Position numbers and translations under genes: made by a program
DNA from: Vitrella brassicaformis CCMP3155
Taxonomy: Eukaryota > Protista > Chromerida
NCBI GenBank assembly: GCA_001179505.1
Contig: CDMY01000218.1
Span: 62,001 to 126,000, forward strand
Direction of reading: 5' to 3'
DNA: 64,000 bases
Shown here: positions 24,109-37,616 of the stretch, piece after piece
Layout: each line of letters opens with the position of its first letter
Numbering within the stretch: position 1 is the stretch's first letter
The notes under the pieces: model-generated
What the model saw: only the letters and a program-made list of their open reading frames with translations
What the model was told of the DNA's origin: nothing
The model's database searches: none

Positions 24109-26242
24109 TCAGATGTCTGGCAGCAGCTTCAGGGAGGGGCCGTCCATCTTGCTGCGGGCGACGGACACCACCTGGGGGAAGGCAGCAGGACCACTGACGC
24201 CCCCCCGGGGCGCCGCGGTGGTGCGGAGCTCGATGGATGCCGACCCGTCATTGTACTTGGCCATCTCGATGTATGCCGCGAACTCGTCGCCCTCCTCGGC
24301 GCCACACAAGATGACGAATCGGTATGTGACGAATCCGCTCCAGCCGTAGTCGGTGGTGCTGTAGGCGATGGTGCGGCAGCCCCACAGGGGCGGCTGCTGG
24401 GCCATCAGGGCACCGATGCGACGACCGGAGTGACGCGTCACCTCACGCGACGACAACGCTGCCAACCTGCAAGAGCAGGGAGCGAAAAGGCAGACAACAC
24501 GACACATTGGTGTGTTGTGTTCTCTCATTTGTGTCGCTGCATACGTACCTCCTGATGATCAGTCCTCGGAAGCTGCTGTAGTCCAAACCAGCGTCTGCAG
24601 GCACACAGACACAGCGGCAGACAGCATCCATGTCAACTTGGCTCCCCTGTGGTGCTTTGCCCTCCCCTCTCTCTCTCTCACCTCCGTACGCGGGAAATTC
24701 TCTATATCGGCACGGGGGATCGGCCGCATCGAAGCGATGTCGATATATGGCCGGCGCCCTCTGCCGCGTGTGCACCCTCACCAAGCCCCCACCCAGCTCG
24801 TCCCGCCCGCCGGCATTGCGCGTCAGCCGCATCCTCTCGCCCAGTCGGTGGCTGTAGAGGCTGTACTGGCGGAGGGCCTTTCGCCGGCTGTCGATGACGG
24901 CTTTGCTGCCCGCAAGCCGCAGGTCATCATTGGTCAGCTCGACGGGCAGCTGCTGCACTCGTCCACAGCTCTTGGCCAGCCGCAGCAGCGGCACGGTGCC
25001 CCGCCAGTCGCCCCCCGTAACCATCATGTAGTGAAGCCGGATCAGTCGCAGCCGACGCACCAGACGACTGCCGTGGCTCGACTGGTTCAGCGGGGTGTAG
25101 CCGATGACGCCTGTGAGGCCGTCACGTTGGATGATGCTGTCCATGTCGGCGACCAGGGCGGCCTCGACTGTGCTGCTGACCGCCTCGGATGTGCGGCAGA
25201 GGGCAGTGGAGTCGTGGGGCGTGAGGAAGGGCAGGAAGATGTCGCGCATGACGTCGGTGGGCAGGGACAGGCCTGGGAGGAGGGGCGGAGCGGCAGCACC
25301 AGACGACTCTACGGGCGCGTCACCACGGGGGCGCTTCGAATTCACCTCAACCTGCACGCACACACCACACCACACCACACCACACACACTTGCCGTCAAG
25401 GTAATGGCGACCGGTGTGCCACAGCCGTACCTTCTTGTTTGTGCCAGTGGTCTCTGTGGTTTTCTCAGCGACGGCACTGGCCTGCTCGTCTGGAGTGACC
25501 AGCCCGAAGGTCTTGGAATGGCCCTCCAGCTGAAGCACACAGGAAGCTCCTCACATGCCTTCATTCGTCGAAGGATGGACAATAGGTGCGTGTGTGTGTG
25601 CGCACCAGCGCCGCGCCGTTCAGTCGTCTGAGTCCGTCCGTCAGGGGGCCGAGTGCGTCGGAGATGTCCGACACGGCGCCCTCCACCATCGGCAGACGAC
25701 TCTCACCAACATACCCCTGCACGCAGCCACAGATCACACAAATGTGTTCAGAGGCAGGGAGGGAGGGAAGACACACTGACCTTCGCAGCTAAGTATCTGA
25801 TCGTATCGCCCATCTGCACACACCGCACACACCCCACACACCCCACACACATGTCACACCACCACCCGCCAGTTCACTGCCTCCCGGCATGGCCCCTCAC
25901 CTGCGTCTGCAGCGCAACGACCTGCTCATGCAGGGTTAGCAGCCGCTCAAACGTCTCGCAGAACCTCTGCAAGGGCACACGCCACCACGAGATGATCATG
26001 AGAAGCCGACGAATGCATGACGGTCTTTGCATGTCTGTGTGTCCACATCATGGCTCACCGACTGCTCATCGTCTTGTGTGCCGCCATGATTGATCCACCC
26101 AAACACATTGCTAAAGAAACTACCTGACCAACATAAACACCACACCACCACACACGAGAATTCCCTTCTCCCTCGCCCTCTCCCCACCAGCAAGCCCACC
26201 TGCGGCAGCTGATGCCGATGCTGATGCCGATGGGCCGCTCAT
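24109..26242 (-). CDS. Paralog A of an expanded F-box-like family
   Basis: Start MSGPSASASASAAAG at 26242; LPTDVMRDIFLPFLTPHDSTALCRTSEAV; [34 protein letters not shown]; QQPPLWGCRTI...FVILCGAEEGDEFAAYIEM. Confidence 0.7.
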
Positions 26243-26811
26243 CCCGCCCGCTGCGGCTATGCTCACGGGAACCTCAAGCAATGCCTGAAGACCATCCACA
26301 CCATGAAGCGTTGAGAGCGGTGTTTGCGATGGATGAGTGTCATCTCTCGTGCTGTGCTTACCGGTGAGAAGGCAGCGACTGGACGAGAAAGCAAATCAGT
26401 CCAACGATGAGTGAATGGGCCAATCAATGGCGCCGCACACGTCAACCGCTGGAGCTGCAGACACACACGTGCAGAGGAGGTGAAATCATCAGTCAGGCCT
26501 CTCCTTCTCTCAATGTGCGCCATCAATGTCTGACCGTGTTCTTTCCGCGTGTGTCGATGCCATCCGAACGCTATAAAGGGGAGATCCGCCACACACAGCG
26601 CAGCACAGATACGATTGGGAGAATGAACCATCGCCGTCGCTTCATCTCAGTGTTTTCGCACCTTCGACGTCGCGAAGGCCACAGGACCGTGCCGCAGCCT
26701 GAAAGCCAAAGACGCAATCTTCTTCCCGTCAATTGCGAGCTTGAAGCCAAAGAGCTGAAAGAGGGAGAGAGCTGGCATCAGCTGAGTGAAGGGGATTCGC
26801 TCAAGGACGGC

Positions 26812-26978
26812 ATGCAGATCCATATCAAGACACTCACTGGTACGTCGGGCACCAGTGGGTCGGGCAGCACACGTGAGATGGCCATCCTGCACTGATAACC
26901 ATGGGTGTGGGTGTGTTGTTGTGTGCAGGCAAGACCATTACGCTGGACGTGGCGAGAGCGCTCGAGTACTTCCTGTGA
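26812..26978 (+). pseudogene. Truncated ubiquitin-like fragment (first ~17 residues only)
   Basis: MQIHIKTLT-G|intron 26840-26928|GKTITLDV, then diverges (ARALEYFL*). Matches ubiquitin MQIFVKTLTGKTITLEV. Confidence 0.6.
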
Positions 26979-27121
26979 GTGAACACACCTCCTGCCGGCG
27001 GAAACCGGTAAGCACAGCACGAGAGATGACAGGCGGGTTCACGACGCACTCACTGCGCCATTGTGTGTGTGGCGCTCTTCAGGCGTCGTGTGGGCTGCCG
27101 TGAGGCCAGCGGGCGGCAGCT

Positions 27122-29126
27122 ATGAGCAGCACATCGGCATCAGCAGCTGCTGCAGGTGGGCTGACTTACGGGCTTAAGAGAGAGGGAGGGGAGGATCCAC
27201 TTGTGTGGTGTGGTGTTTGTGTCGGTCAGGCGGCGAACATGGCAATGTGTTTGGAGTCGGCAATCGCAACGGCGCTCTCGTAGACCAGTCGGTGAGTGCG
27301 GTAGGCAGCACGTCTGTCGCCGGCAGCCTGCTCAACGCCCTCGGGAACCTCTGTGTGCTGCAATCGCGGGTAGGTATGCAGAACAGAACAGAGAAGAGCC
27401 ACAGCTACATCATCCCTATCTGTCGTGGCGCCCGCGTGTGTGTGTGAGTGATCACGGTCAAGCGGTTCTCGAATCGCTTTATGCAGTAAGGCACACAGGC
27501 AGCTGGCTGGCCCTCTGTGGCTCATTCTGGTGTGACGTGTGTCATTCACAGGGGTCGCCGATTAGCGCGGAGATGGCCAGCGGAGCCCTCGGATCTCGCA
27601 TCTCACACAGAAGGCTGCGGCTCGGCCATCGCACGGCTGGATAGCCTCGTGCAGGTAGGAACGATGCCGATATCCTCTCTGTGTGTGTATGCCTTCTCTC
27701 TCTGCATATAGTGCTCTGTGTGTATTCTTGTTTTCGGTCCAGGGCAGCAGTGGTGCGGGGGAGACGACTGAGGAGGCCTCCGACGCTGCACATGAGGGGG
27801 TACGTCTGTTTCGCTCTAATACTAACATGACGGCCTGTGAATCGCGTGATGTGTGTGCAGGGTGAGGGCGGTGCGAAGCGCCGCCGTGTTGACGCGCCGC
27901 CCGGAGAGTCGTCTGGCGCTGTCGGCCCGCCCGGGCTGCCCACTGATGTCCTCCGCTCCCTGCTGCCCTTCGTCTGCGGCCACCGTGACGATCCCGACAC
28001 CCTCACCCCACAGAACACGATCGCCCTCTGCCGCACATCCGAGGCGGTCGGCAGCGCCGTCGAGGCCGACCTGATCGCAGACATCGACAGCATCATCCGC
28101 CGCGACGGCCTCACTGGCGTCATCGGCTACACCCCGCTGCGCCAGTCGAGCGATTGCAGTCCTTTGGTGCGCCGAATGCGACTGATCCGCCTGCAGTACC
28201 TGATGGTGACGGGGGGCGACTGGCAGGGCAACGTGCCCGTTCTGCGCCTCGCCAAGAGCTGTGGACGAGTGCAGCAGCTGCCGATCGAGCTGACGGAGGA
28301 CGACCTGCACCACGTGGGCAGCAAGGCCGTCATCGACGGTCGTCCCGAGACCATCCGCCAGTACGCCCTCTTCAGCCACCGACTGGGGGACAACATGCAG
28401 CTGACGCGCAATGCCAACGGGCGGGACGAGCTGGGTGGGTTGGAGATGAGGGCGCGCTACGCGGGGACTCTGCAGGTTAGGTGTACAGCTCGATTCGGGA
28501 CGAACGACCGTGTGTGCGAATGTAAGAGAGGGAGGGCAAAGCCCACAAGAAAGGCAACTTGACCTGCATGGTATCCCTCCCTCCCTGTTTCCGTGTCTGC
28601 AGACGATGGTGGCCTGTACGATGGCTTCAGAGGACTGATCATCAAGAGGTGCGGCACCGCTCAAGGTGGAACGCACACACAAGACGGGAACCTGCTGTTT
28701 TGCTCTTGCCTTCCCAGCATGGCCTTCGGGTCATCGCGTTTGGTGTCGAACCGCTTCCACCGCCACGGGTCTGCCGAGTATCATCGCATCGGTGTCCTTT
28801 TCGACCAGAAGCCGCCCCTGTGGGATTGCCGCACCATCGGATATTACGTCCCATCGCCCTATGGCGACATCCCCCGCCGATTCGTCATACTCTGTGGCGA
28901 CGAGGAGGGCGATGACTTCCTGGCCTTCATCGAGATGACCAAGGACCCTTATGGGACGGCAGACATGTACCTCTACACCACCGAGGCGCCCCAGAGTGGC
29001 GTAGGCGGTGCTGGCTCCCCCCTGACAGTGTCCATTGCCCACAACAAGATGGGCGACGCCATCACACTTCTCCCAGACGTCGACGAGGCCTCCAATACAG
29101 GTACACGCGATCTGCAAGATGAATGA
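27122..29126 (+). CDS. Paralog B of the F-box-like family
   Basis: Start MSSTSASAAAAG; LPTDVLRSLLPFV...NTIALCRTSEAV; [34 protein letters not shown]; [11 protein letters not shown]...FVILCGDEEGDDFLAFIEM. The 3' end may splice further (cag|gtacac at 29100). Confidence 0.7.
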
Positions 29127-30056
29127 GACCCACAGAGGGGCGAAACTTTCTCTTCATGTGTGTGCACAGCTGTTGCGGCGGTGTAATCGTAGCTGATGTG
29201 AAGTGACGGGTGGACGACTCTGAGATGAGCATGTGTGGCGAGGCTGGTGTGGTGGATGCAATGGCTGCTTCTGTAGCCGTCCACTTTTTCTATGCGTTTT
29301 TTTCTTTTCTCTCACACAAATCCAATCCATACACACGCGATCATCATGCATGGATCCCGAGCCGTTTTTCAGCATATATGGCATGTATCCACCGCATCCA
29401 GTTTTGTGTACGAACATTGTCGTTGGATTCATATTCATGCAAGGCAGGCGAACGGGGTGGGCTCCTTGACTGACATTCAGGTGCCGCGTGGTCACATGCC
29501 AGCCATACCTCGTGTACAGTACAGGATCCGCAGTTGCATCACGAGACAGACACGCACACACACACACACACACACATCAACCAGACAGGCAGCCAGGCGC
29601 ATGTTTGTCATCCGACATACATACACACACCCTCGCTCAGTCTGCACCAACCCACTCACGCAATCCGCACGTCAGCGGCATGGTTTCGATCTCGCACGCT
29701 CAAAGCGAGCCCTTTCGATTCGGCAGTCAACGGCTTTTGCGCGCGTCCAGACGAAATCATCAGGCTCAGAGGACTCCCTCTCTGTCCCGCACGACAGAGA
29801 TCTCATCGCATTCTCTGCTGTGTTCGTCGTGAGCCCTCCCGTCTGGCGGAGTGCTGTGCGGCGTTCTTATTGATCGGCTTATCGACTCATCGGTGGAGTG
29901 ATTTGCTCGTCGACAGTCGCTGCCCTCTCGCCGGTAACCACATGCACGAGAGATGACAGACAGACGTCCGAACGACACACTCACTCACTGCGCCACTGTG
30001 TGTGTGGCGGTCTTCAGGCGCTTTGTGTTGGCTGCCGTAGCACAGCGGGCGGCACT

Positions 30057-32987
30057 ATGAACAGCACATCGGCAGCAGCTGCTGCAGGTGGGCTGACTGG
30101 TTGGGAGAGGGGAGGGAGGGGAGGACTCACTTTTGTATGGTGTGGTTTGTGTTGGCCAGGTGGTGGTGGACGTAGCAGTTTGTTCGGGTTCGTCAACCAG
30201 ATCGCCACACAACACGATGGGCAGTCGGTAAGCCAAGATGCGGCCACACAAACAGGCAGAGACCGTCATGCATTCGTCTGTTTCTCATGACGGTGATGTG
30301 CAGAAGTCGTCTGATCTGTTGGCGCGTCTGGTGAAGTTGCACCACCAGGTAGGTGGCTTGGCTCCAGACACAGACGAGAGGACATGTGGGCAGACAGGGA
30401 GATGGATGGATGGCGGGTGTGACATGTCGTGTGTGTCGTGCGTGCAGTGTGTGCAGATGGGCGACTCGATCAGATACCTCGCTGCCGAGGTCAGTCAGTG
30501 AGTCGACCAATGGCTGACTGAGCACACATCACATGGTGTGTCATTGCTCACTCCCTCCTCCGTTGCATGTGTGTGGTTTGTGGTTGTGTGCAGGGGTCTG
30601 TCGGTGAGAGTCGCCTGCCGATGCTGGAGAGAGCCATCGCTGACAGCTCTAGTGCACTTGACCGACTTGATGGCGTGGCACTGGTATCTGCATACACAGA
30701 CATGCATTATTCATCCGCCCTCCGGCTTTTCCTTTCTGTGATTTGGTGTGTGTGTGGCTCAGTTGGAGGGCCACTTCAAGACTTTCGCGCTCTCCCCTCC
30801 AGACGATGACGAGGAGGGGTGGGGAAGGATCGAGCCCCTCTTTGCAGAGGTACGTGGCCCCATCGATGCGATGGACGCACACCGACAGACATTGTGGCCG
30901 GGTGGACTGACTTGCCTTATCTGATCTGCAGGAGCCGTCCAGCAATGGGGATCTCTCTGACCACTCATCCAACACAGTCGCCACGCAGACAGAGATGGTG
31001 GCACAGGTAGGTACGCCGTATCTGTGTGTGTATCTTCTTTCGTACTGATTGCATCGCTGCTTTTGCTTCAGGGCCCTGGCAGCCGATTTGCCGACAAGGC
31101 CGTCACTGATGAGACCACTAGGGCCACAAAGACACAGAAGAAGGTACGACAGCTGTTGCACCGTGCTGCTGACATCATGACGGCCGACGTGTCATTCATT
31201 GTCTGTCAGGCTCACTTGATTGGGTTTGAGTTCGTGCGGCAGCTGCACGCCCTTCCCGAAGCCCTCATGCACTGCACACTCCTCCCCCTCATCGACCAGC
31301 AGGACCTGCAAACCGCACTCGCCAAGGTCAGCAGTGCCCTCTGCTGCACTTCACCGGCAGTCGGCAGCGCCGTGGCGGCCTTCCTCATCCCCCAAATCGA
31401 CAGCATCATCGAACGCGGTGGCCTCAAGGGACTCATCAGCTACACCCAGATCCGTCGGCACCTGCAGCGGCAGCCGGGTCGGTGTATGGATGTCCGTCGG
31501 CCATTCCGGCTGATCCAGCTGCACTACCTGATGGTGACGGGGGGCGACTGGCGGGGCAACATGCCGCTGCTGCGGCTGGCCAAGAGCTGTGGACGAGTGC
31601 AGCAGCTGCCAATCGAGCTGGCGGAGGACGACCTTCAGCACGTGGGCAGCAAGGCCGTCATCGACAGCCGCCCCGAGGCCATCCGCCAGTACAGCCTCTT
31701 CAGCCACCGACTGGGGGATTACATGCGGCTGACGCGCAATGCCAACGGGCTGGAGATGCTGGGCGGACGTGTGGTGACGGTGCACACACGACGGACGGTG
31801 CCGTATGGGTATCGAGATCGATTTGATCCAGACAATCCCCCGTTCGGATGTAAGAGAGAGGGGAGGGTCAAGCACCATAGGGGAGGCCATCTGACCTGGA
31901 TGGAATTCCTCCCTCCCTGTTTCCGTGTCGTGTCTGCAGACTGTGGTATCGTGTACGATGACTTCAGAGGAATGATCATCAAGATGTGCGATGCAGCACC
32001 GCTCAAAGTGGAAGGCACACACAAGACGGCAACCTGCTGTTTGCTGTTGCCTTCCCAGCATGGCCTTCGGGTCATCGCGTTTGGTGTCGAACCGTTTCCG
32101 TGAGTTGGTCATCAAGGAGTATGCAGCGACTCAAATGAGAGAACACAGCACAGCAATGTGTCGTGTACTCTGTCTTTCTTTCCCTCCCTGCTCTTTCAGG
32201 TTGGCATTGTGGTCGTCGCGTCCGCTGTCTGCTGAGGATGATAGCATCGCTGACCTGATGGACCAGCAGCCGCCCCTGTGGGACTGCCGCACCATCGACT
32301 ACAGCTACACCGACTACGGCTGCCGCGGCTCTAGCCGACTCGTCATACTGTGTGGCGACGAGAAGGACGACGACTTCGCGGCATACATCTGGATGAGAAA
32401 GGAGCGTGATGGGGCGGCAGACATCTCCCTCTACACCACCGAAGCGCCCCAGGGGGACGGCGATGGCCCTGCTGCCTTCCCCAAGGCAGTGGCCAAGGCC
32501 CGCAACAAGATGGGCGACGCCATCACACTGCTCCCAAAGGTAAGAGGCCATCAACACAGGTACATACACACGAATGAAAAGGGGCGGGAGACGCAGACAC
32601 GCACGCACATGGCATGGAGTGCGCCTTCGTGTCGCTCTGATGTTTAGGTGTGTCTGCGTGTTCGGCCACAGAGAGGCGACCGACCTTCCAGATCTTCTAC
32701 AAGAACCTCCAAGGTCACACACACACAGATGCTCACACACTAGTGCCCACATTCGCTTCCTGTGTCTCTTCTTTCTTTTTGCAGGCAAGACCAGAACACT
32801 GGACGTCCACCCCAGCGACACCGTCAGGACTGTCAAGGCCAAGATTCAGGCCGAGGAGGGTATACCCACCGACCGGCAGCGCCTCATCTTCAGCGGCAGG
32901 CAGCTCGAGGACGGCCGCACAGTGTCGGACTACCACATCCAGAAGGAGTCGACCCTCCACCTCGTCCTGCTGCTGCTCTTGCGGTGA
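30057..32987 (+). CDS. Paralog C of the F-box-like family, probably with a C-terminal ubiquitin-like domain
   Basis: Start [11 protein letters not shown]; [34 protein letters not shown]; [11 protein letters not shown]. Downstream exons 32692-32713 and 32785-32987 encode [74 protein letters not shown]. The link via the donor at 32540 is in phase but unproven. Confidence 0.65.
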
Positions 32988-33685
32988 GACACTCACTCAC
33001 TGGTGGGTCAGGCAACACACACGAGAAGTCTGACCAGCGGGACTCTGCAAACGTGTGACTTAGTCGTGCGTGGTGGGGGTGGCATGCATCGATCGAGAGA
33101 GACAGGGATGGATGGATGAGTAGATGCGTGTGTGTGTAGGTATGCGCATCGGACCAACCCTGGTTGGCTCCGTCCGTTGAATGTTCATTTGAGGTGTGTG
33201 TGATGTATACGCAGGGTCGCTTTTCAAAACTTCCCCTCTTTGCATCTATGTACTTGACGGATTCAATCCGTGTGTTGGTCGCTTCGGTCACATCATCCTT
33301 CACCCTTTACTGACCCCAGACACGCCAACTATACAGACACACAGACAGACAGATCAACCAGCCAGACAGCCAGGCGCATGTTTGTCATCCGTCATACACG
33401 CAGACACACACACACACATCCTCACCACCCCAATGAAAACTATGAAAGGACTAACTGATGTGGGGGGGCGGTGTGGATGGTGATGCGTGAATCCATCTGT
33501 CTGTCTGTTCCGCGTCGATAGAGTACACCAGACCAGATGGGCGGTGGAAATCTCACTAACCGAATGCACCGCACCAATCGGCCGCTCCTCTCCCTTTTCC
33601 CATCTGCCGTAACTAACGTACACGCCGATACAATGAGTGCGCTGCCCGGACACGCAATACGATACACTGCAGCAGAAATACAAAC

Positions 33686-33985
33686 NNNNNNNNNNNNNNN
33701 NNNNNNNNNNNNNNNNNNNNNNNNNNNNNNNNNNNNNNNNNNNNNNNNNNNNNNNNNNNNNNNNNNNNNNNNNNNNNNNNNNNNNNNNNNNNNNNNNNNN
33801 NNNNNNNNNNNNNNNNNNNNNNNNNNNNNNNNNNNNNNNNNNNNNNNNNNNNNNNNNNNNNNNNNNNNNNNNNNNNNNNNNNNNNNNNNNNNNNNNNNNN
33901 NNNNNNNNNNNNNNNNNNNNNNNNNNNNNNNNNNNNNNNNNNNNNNNNNNNNNNNNNNNNNNNNNNNNNNNNNNNNNNNNNNNNN
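33686..33985. other. Assembly gap, 300 N
   Basis: Run of exactly 300 N. Confidence 0.99.
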
Positions 33986-34046
33986 CCCCCCCAACCCCCA
34001 CATGAAGGAAGAACCCTCCCTCCCTCCCTCCGTCCCCTCTGTCATG

Positions 34047-36260
34047 TCAGCTCTTCTTGTACGCCTGCATGAGGTCGTCAGCGATAGAGTAGGCAATCAT
34101 GGCCGCCAGCACCAGCATCAGCCCCACCGTGGCCCAGAAGGGCCGCCGCTCGATACACGAGCAGCCCCACACACTTATGCGCTCATCCCAGTCCACATAC
34201 TGCCGCAGGAGCTGCTCCAGCCGCTCCGCTTCAGACGCCGAGTGGAGCGTGAACGCGTGTGAGCGGGGCGACTCCTCAGATTCCCCAGCCCCTTCATGCT
34301 CGTCTTTTGCCGGCGACGTGTCGTCAGGCAGGTAAGACGCCAGTTTGTGCCTCATCCGCCGCTTGCTGCCTTGGTGCCGCTCCTCCCTGCCACCCTCCTC
34401 AGTGCCGTTCATCTCAGCTGGTGGGTCGGATGACACAAGGCAGCTCGCCTTGGCCGACGACACGCGGGAGTTTTCCTGGGTGTCGTCCGCCACCGTCACT
34501 GCGTCGGACTGCCTGCCCGCATCGTTGTTGTAGGGCGACACCTCCGCGTCGACGAGCCGCACCAGAAGGTCTCTGGCACCTGAGCCGCCTTCCTCGTGTG
34601 CGTGTGGGAGTGGCTGTGTCCTGGTCTTCCGGGCGATGGCCAGCAGATACACCACAGCGGGGAGGAAGTAGTTGGCCAACACACCTGCCGTGATAGAACT
34701 GCACACACACAGAAAACAGAGAGACACACACACACAAATGGCAATGTGTGTGTCGCCCTCCCAGAGAAGCACAGACAGATAGAACTTACCTCCAGGCAAG
34801 CAGCCTGCCGAAGAGCCGCCCATTGGACAGGGCCCATGCTATCAGCCAGGGGGCACAGCAGCCGTAGAAGAACGCCCCCTGCTGACCGCACAGACCACTG
34901 TTGTAGAGGTTGTAGCGGCTCGCAATGGCCATGACAGGAATGCCCGGCAGCACGGTGGTGAACGAGAAGCTGAACATCGACAGCCGCGTGAGCATCCCCG
35001 TCGACGGCTCGTTGGTCATGTACACGAAGGCGTTGCTGCTGTTGAGCGCGGGGTACGCCACACACACCACCAGGGCGAAGCTGAAGTAGAGAAACGCCGA
35101 GAGGATGGCCGACATCCACACGACGGGGACCACACGAGTGGACGGCAGGATCTCGTTGCACCAGGAGGGGATCAGCACCACGTAGGAGTATGACGCGACC
35201 ATGATGCCGAAGACGGCGCCGTAGCCAGTGTCTCCGACTAGAGGGGGGAAGGTCATTGGGGAGTGGGTGCGCTCCTCCTGCTGGAATGACCGAATGATCG
35301 ACGAGATGATGATCAGGCCGATGGCGCCGAACTGCAGGAAAAACGTGACGATCTGAATGTACATGTTCTCATTCAGACTGACACACACATCGACACCGAC
35401 ACACGCACATAACTGAGTGCCGCTCTTCCGCCCGGTGTGCTGTCCTACTTGAGGTAGCTCATGGGCAGGCACAGCAGCGCCGTGAAGAGGTACCCCCCGG
35501 TGATGGCAAAGATCATCGTGTGTTGCCGGCCGTCGTGGTTCTCATAGCCGCCTCGATAGACCTTCTCCACGTTCGACCAGCCGCCCACATGAGCGTGTGG
35601 CCACACCTCGATTACGGGCACCTGCCCGAAGCAGCGGATGAAGCACCGGTCGAAGGCCTCGGCCGTCACGATGATGGCGGCGATGTTCATGGCCTGGATG
35701 GCCACCTGGTAGACCACCTGGATTAAGGTGGCCGACCGGTCGCCGAGGAAGTACTGGACCGTTGCGACGTACTCCTCCCGCTTCTCGAGGTGTTTATTTC
35801 CAGGCACCCGAACCATGCTCTACACCCACACACACACGGGGCAATCCACACGTGGCTCGTGCCTGTTGTGGTGCTCAGGGAAGAAAAAGTTACCTTGATG
35901 ACCATGAAGGTCGCGATGCAGCTGATCGCACAGATAGCGGCGTTGGCGAAGAACACGGTGAGCCATCCGGCGTGAAGCATGCACAGCGGCACACCCACAA
36001 AGCCCGCTCCGAATATCTGAGGAGCGACAGACATGAGAGTGTGGCCGGCTGGTCTGGTCGGCTCTTGCATGGCATGATGTGTGTAATACCTACCTGGTTG
36101 ACAAGAAACACGAATGACTGGAAGCTGCACCAAACACACACAACACAGCACGGCAGGCACACTTGCAAATGCGCCATCGTTGAGCATCCGGCTTTCTGTA
36201 CCTGCCGATGCTTTTGGCTCCGTAGGCCGTATGGTGGCCTATCAGCCGTGATATGAACAT
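34047..36260 (-). CDS. Amino acid/auxin permease (Aa_trans, AAAP) family transporter
   Basis: Spliced SFVFLVNQIFGAGFVGVP..LHAGWL (TM1 G/P motif); SLNENMYIQI; FGIMVASYSYVVLIPSWCNE; ~11 hydrophobic segments; polar loop before the last helix. Confidence 0.8.
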
Positions 36261-36640
36261 TGCGACGCTGCCAGCACACCCAGACCTACAGGAAACACAC
36301 CGCCACACACACACACCCCTGCTAGCGCTTGTCACTGCTTCCCACGCGATTCTTGCATGGCGTATTCATCCCACCTGTAGAGCCTCCTCACTACGCGGCA
36401 CTACGGTACGCGCCTCTTTCAATTGCGAGCTACTCTGCGAGCTACAGACGGTGCAGAAGATCTTTCGCATCCTTCGTGTGTTGTGGCACCTCACTCGTCA
36501 TCCTGTCGTCTCCTCGCGTCTTTCGTCTCGGCATCCTTCTGTCCTTTGCTCTCATCCGCATCCCAGCCCTTCGCTTAATCGGCAGCAGCAGCAGCGGCCG
36601 CAAACCAGCCTCCCTCTCATATTCGCATCAAAGATCAAAG

Positions 36641-37585
36641 ATGCCTCCCTCTCTCTCATCTGACGAGCGCGAGAGCCGGCCCTTCGACGTGATTGTCTGG
36701 GGAGCCACCGGCTTCACCGGCAAGCTGCTCTCGGCCTACTACGCCAAGACCTACGGGCCATCCGGGCATTCGGTCAAGTACGCCCTGGGCGGTCGGAGCA
36801 AGACCAAGCTCGACAAAGTAGTGGAAGACATAGCCGAGAAGTTGGGCGACAAGATGATCAAGAACACGCCGCTGGTCATCGGCGACGCGAGCGACAAGGC
36901 CTCGATGATCGAGGTGGCCAAGCAGACGAGGGCCGTCGCATCCGTCGTGGGACCCTTTGCCCAACACGGAGAGGTAAGGGACATGAGACAGACAGGAGCT
37001 CATGGCTGTTGAGGTTATGTATGTATGTATGTGTGTGTGGATGCAGCCGTTGGTGGCGGCGTGCGCCGAGGCGGGCACTCACTACGTGGACATCACCGGC
37101 GAGTTCACCTTCATGCGCAAGATGATTGTCAAGTACTCCTCGGTGGCCGAGCAGAATGGCGCCAAGATCGTCCACGCCTGCGGCTTCGACTCGGTGCCCT
37201 CGGACATGGGCGCATTCATGGTGGGTCACAGTGACTGCCACAGACACACACACACACACATATACCTCTCTGGCCGGCCACACACCTCTCTCGTGTCGGT
37301 GTATACGACTGACAGGTGCAATCCTTCGCCAAGGAGAAGTTCGGCCGTCCGTGTGAGTCCGTGCTGCTCTACATGATGGACGCTGCGGGGGGGTTCAGCG
37401 GCGGCACCCTCCACTCGCTCATGGGGATGTACGAGGCGCCCAAGGAGGAGCAGCAGCGGTACGCCTCCAAGGACTACCTTGTGGCACCCAAGACAGAAGA
37501 CGCACTCGATTTGCCGCCCAGCAAGTACGAAAGAGGCCCGAAGTGCGTGTGGGTGGATGGGCATTCATCCCTCGTCCTTGGCCTG

Positions 37586-37616
<31 letters not shown>

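Noticed and set aside
26812-32987. Polyubiquitin or ubiquitin-ribosomal fusion gene
   Set aside because: One copy is a ~17-residue fragment and the other lacks the RGG end; no head-to-tail repeats or ribosomal protein tail.
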